Source: a virus (lineage: Duplodnaviria; Caudoviricetes). Taken from it: DNA of 64,000 bases. This document shows, in pieces, positions 63,289 through 64,000 of this stretch. The translations under genes were made by a program, and so were the position numbers. Numbering within the stretch: position 1 is the first letter of the stretch; the number at the start of each line of letters is the position of its first letter. The notes below the pieces were generated by a model. That model ran no database searches, was not told the DNA's origin, and worked only from the letters and a program-made list of their open reading frames with translations. The DNA lies in IMG/VR virus record IMGVR_UViG_3300005937_000001, positions 1 to 64,000 of that record. One strand, 5' to 3'.

Positions 63289-64000
63289 GACTTTCTATCT
63301 GCTCAACACCGCTGCTGTTGCACCCAACTACTGGGGTAACATGCAGGATGGCGGCAGCGCGCCTGCAGCGGCTTCGTGCACCTACGGTTGGACGGTTGCC
63401 AAGACCGTGGTCACATCCGGCACCTTCCGGGCGCGCCTGGGTGCAAACGCGCTCGCGACCGTCGGCGGCACTGTCACGAGCGGGATCACCAATACGCTCG
63501 CTCCACGCCCAGGCACTGCCGCGACCAACACGGCGGCTGGCGACAGCTTCGTGGTCGGTCCACTCAACGGCTCATTTGCGGCTGGCAACTGGACTTTCAA
63601 CTGGCAATTCCGCACTGCCGCCGCGACCACGGTCGGCTACCTGCGGATGCGGGTGTGGAAGGGCTCCGACCCGAGTGGCGCAGGCGCCACTGATCTGTCC
63701 CCCAGCGGCGTCCCCATCGATGGCGCCAGCGTCACCATGTCGTCGATCACGACGAGCTACAACAGCTCAATGACGTGGAACGCTCCCGCCATCACGCTCA
63801 ACAACGAGTACCTGTTCTTCGAGGTCGAGTGGCGCGAGACGACAGCCGGCACTTCGAACCAGAGCGGCGCCACTTTCCGCCAGGGCGAAAGCTCGATTGT
63901 CACTACCAACTTCACCTTTGCGGCGATCAGCTTTCCGGCAGCCACCAACCTTGCAGTGTCGCAGCCTGTCGTCGGTGGAGGTCTTGGACCTCTTTGGCAA
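63278..64000 (+). CDS. beta-rich structural protein, 3' truncated by the window (not in ORF track)
   Basis: Open from ATG 63278 (MPTKTFYLLNTAAVAPNYWG...) to the window end with no stop; Thr/Ser/Ala/Gly-rich. Confidence 0.75.
   Translation, partial: MPTKTFYLLNTAAVAPNYWGNMQDGGSAPAAASCTYGWTVAKTVVTSGTFRARLGANALATVGGTVTSGITNTLAPRPGTAATNTAAGDSFVVGPLNGSFAAGNWTFNWQFRTAAATTVGYLRMRVWKGSDPSGAGATDLSPSGVPIDGASVTMSSITTSYNSSMTWNAPAITLNNEYLFFEVEWRETTAGTSNQSGATFRQGESSIVTTNFTFAAISFPAATNLAVSQPVVGGGLGPLWQ

Noticed and set aside
1-64000. GANTC (CcrM) depletion as a host marker
   Set aside because: GAGTC, GATTC and GAATC were seen repeatedly; no depletion evident by eye
1-64000. tRNA, rRNA, integrase, repressor or att site
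   Set aside because: No recognisable sequence or motif in this window; lifestyle cannot be decided from it

Overview
The window is one contiguous piece of a dsDNA tailed phage genome (Caudoviricetes, contractile P2/Mu-like tail, roughly 60% GC by eye, probably an alphaproteobacterial host such as a soil Hyphomicrobiales; the host call is inference). Almost all genes are on the + strand and tightly coupled. Order: (1) replication module with the probable C-terminus of a family-A DNA polymerase, a Cas4-like exonuclease, an SSB-like protein and a PrimPol-PriCT2-DUF3987 primase/helicase, followed by a repeat-rich putative origin; (2) small accessory genes and a NusG-family antiterminator with an Arg-rich tail just before a hairpin terminator and terS/terL; (3) head module with a DUF1073-type portal, a 1593-aa MuF-anchored polyvalent protein, a DUF2213 protease/scaffold, a decoration protein and a DUF2184 major capsid protein; (4) neck, baseplate (V, W, J, I), tail fibre, sheath, two tube paralogs, chaperone, a tape measure with two probable peptidoglycan-hydrolase domains, and U, X, D; (5) an FkbM-TPR-GT9 enzyme coupled to a large duplicated array of collagen, foldon-like and Gly-rich accessory fibre genes that runs off the window. 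Three free-standing homing-type endonuclease genes are inserted. No integrase, repressor, endolysin, tRNA, rRNA or CRISPR array was recognised. Best candidates for new biology: the MuF polyprotein, whose enzyme-like modules are separated by a recurring linker tag and which hides two RBS-bearing +1-frame genes; the NusG-ARM antitermination switch; near-total avoidance of RGATCY and CCSGG sites; and short motifs reused across head, baseplate, sheath and fibre proteins. All family assignments come from motif recognition by eye, not database searches.
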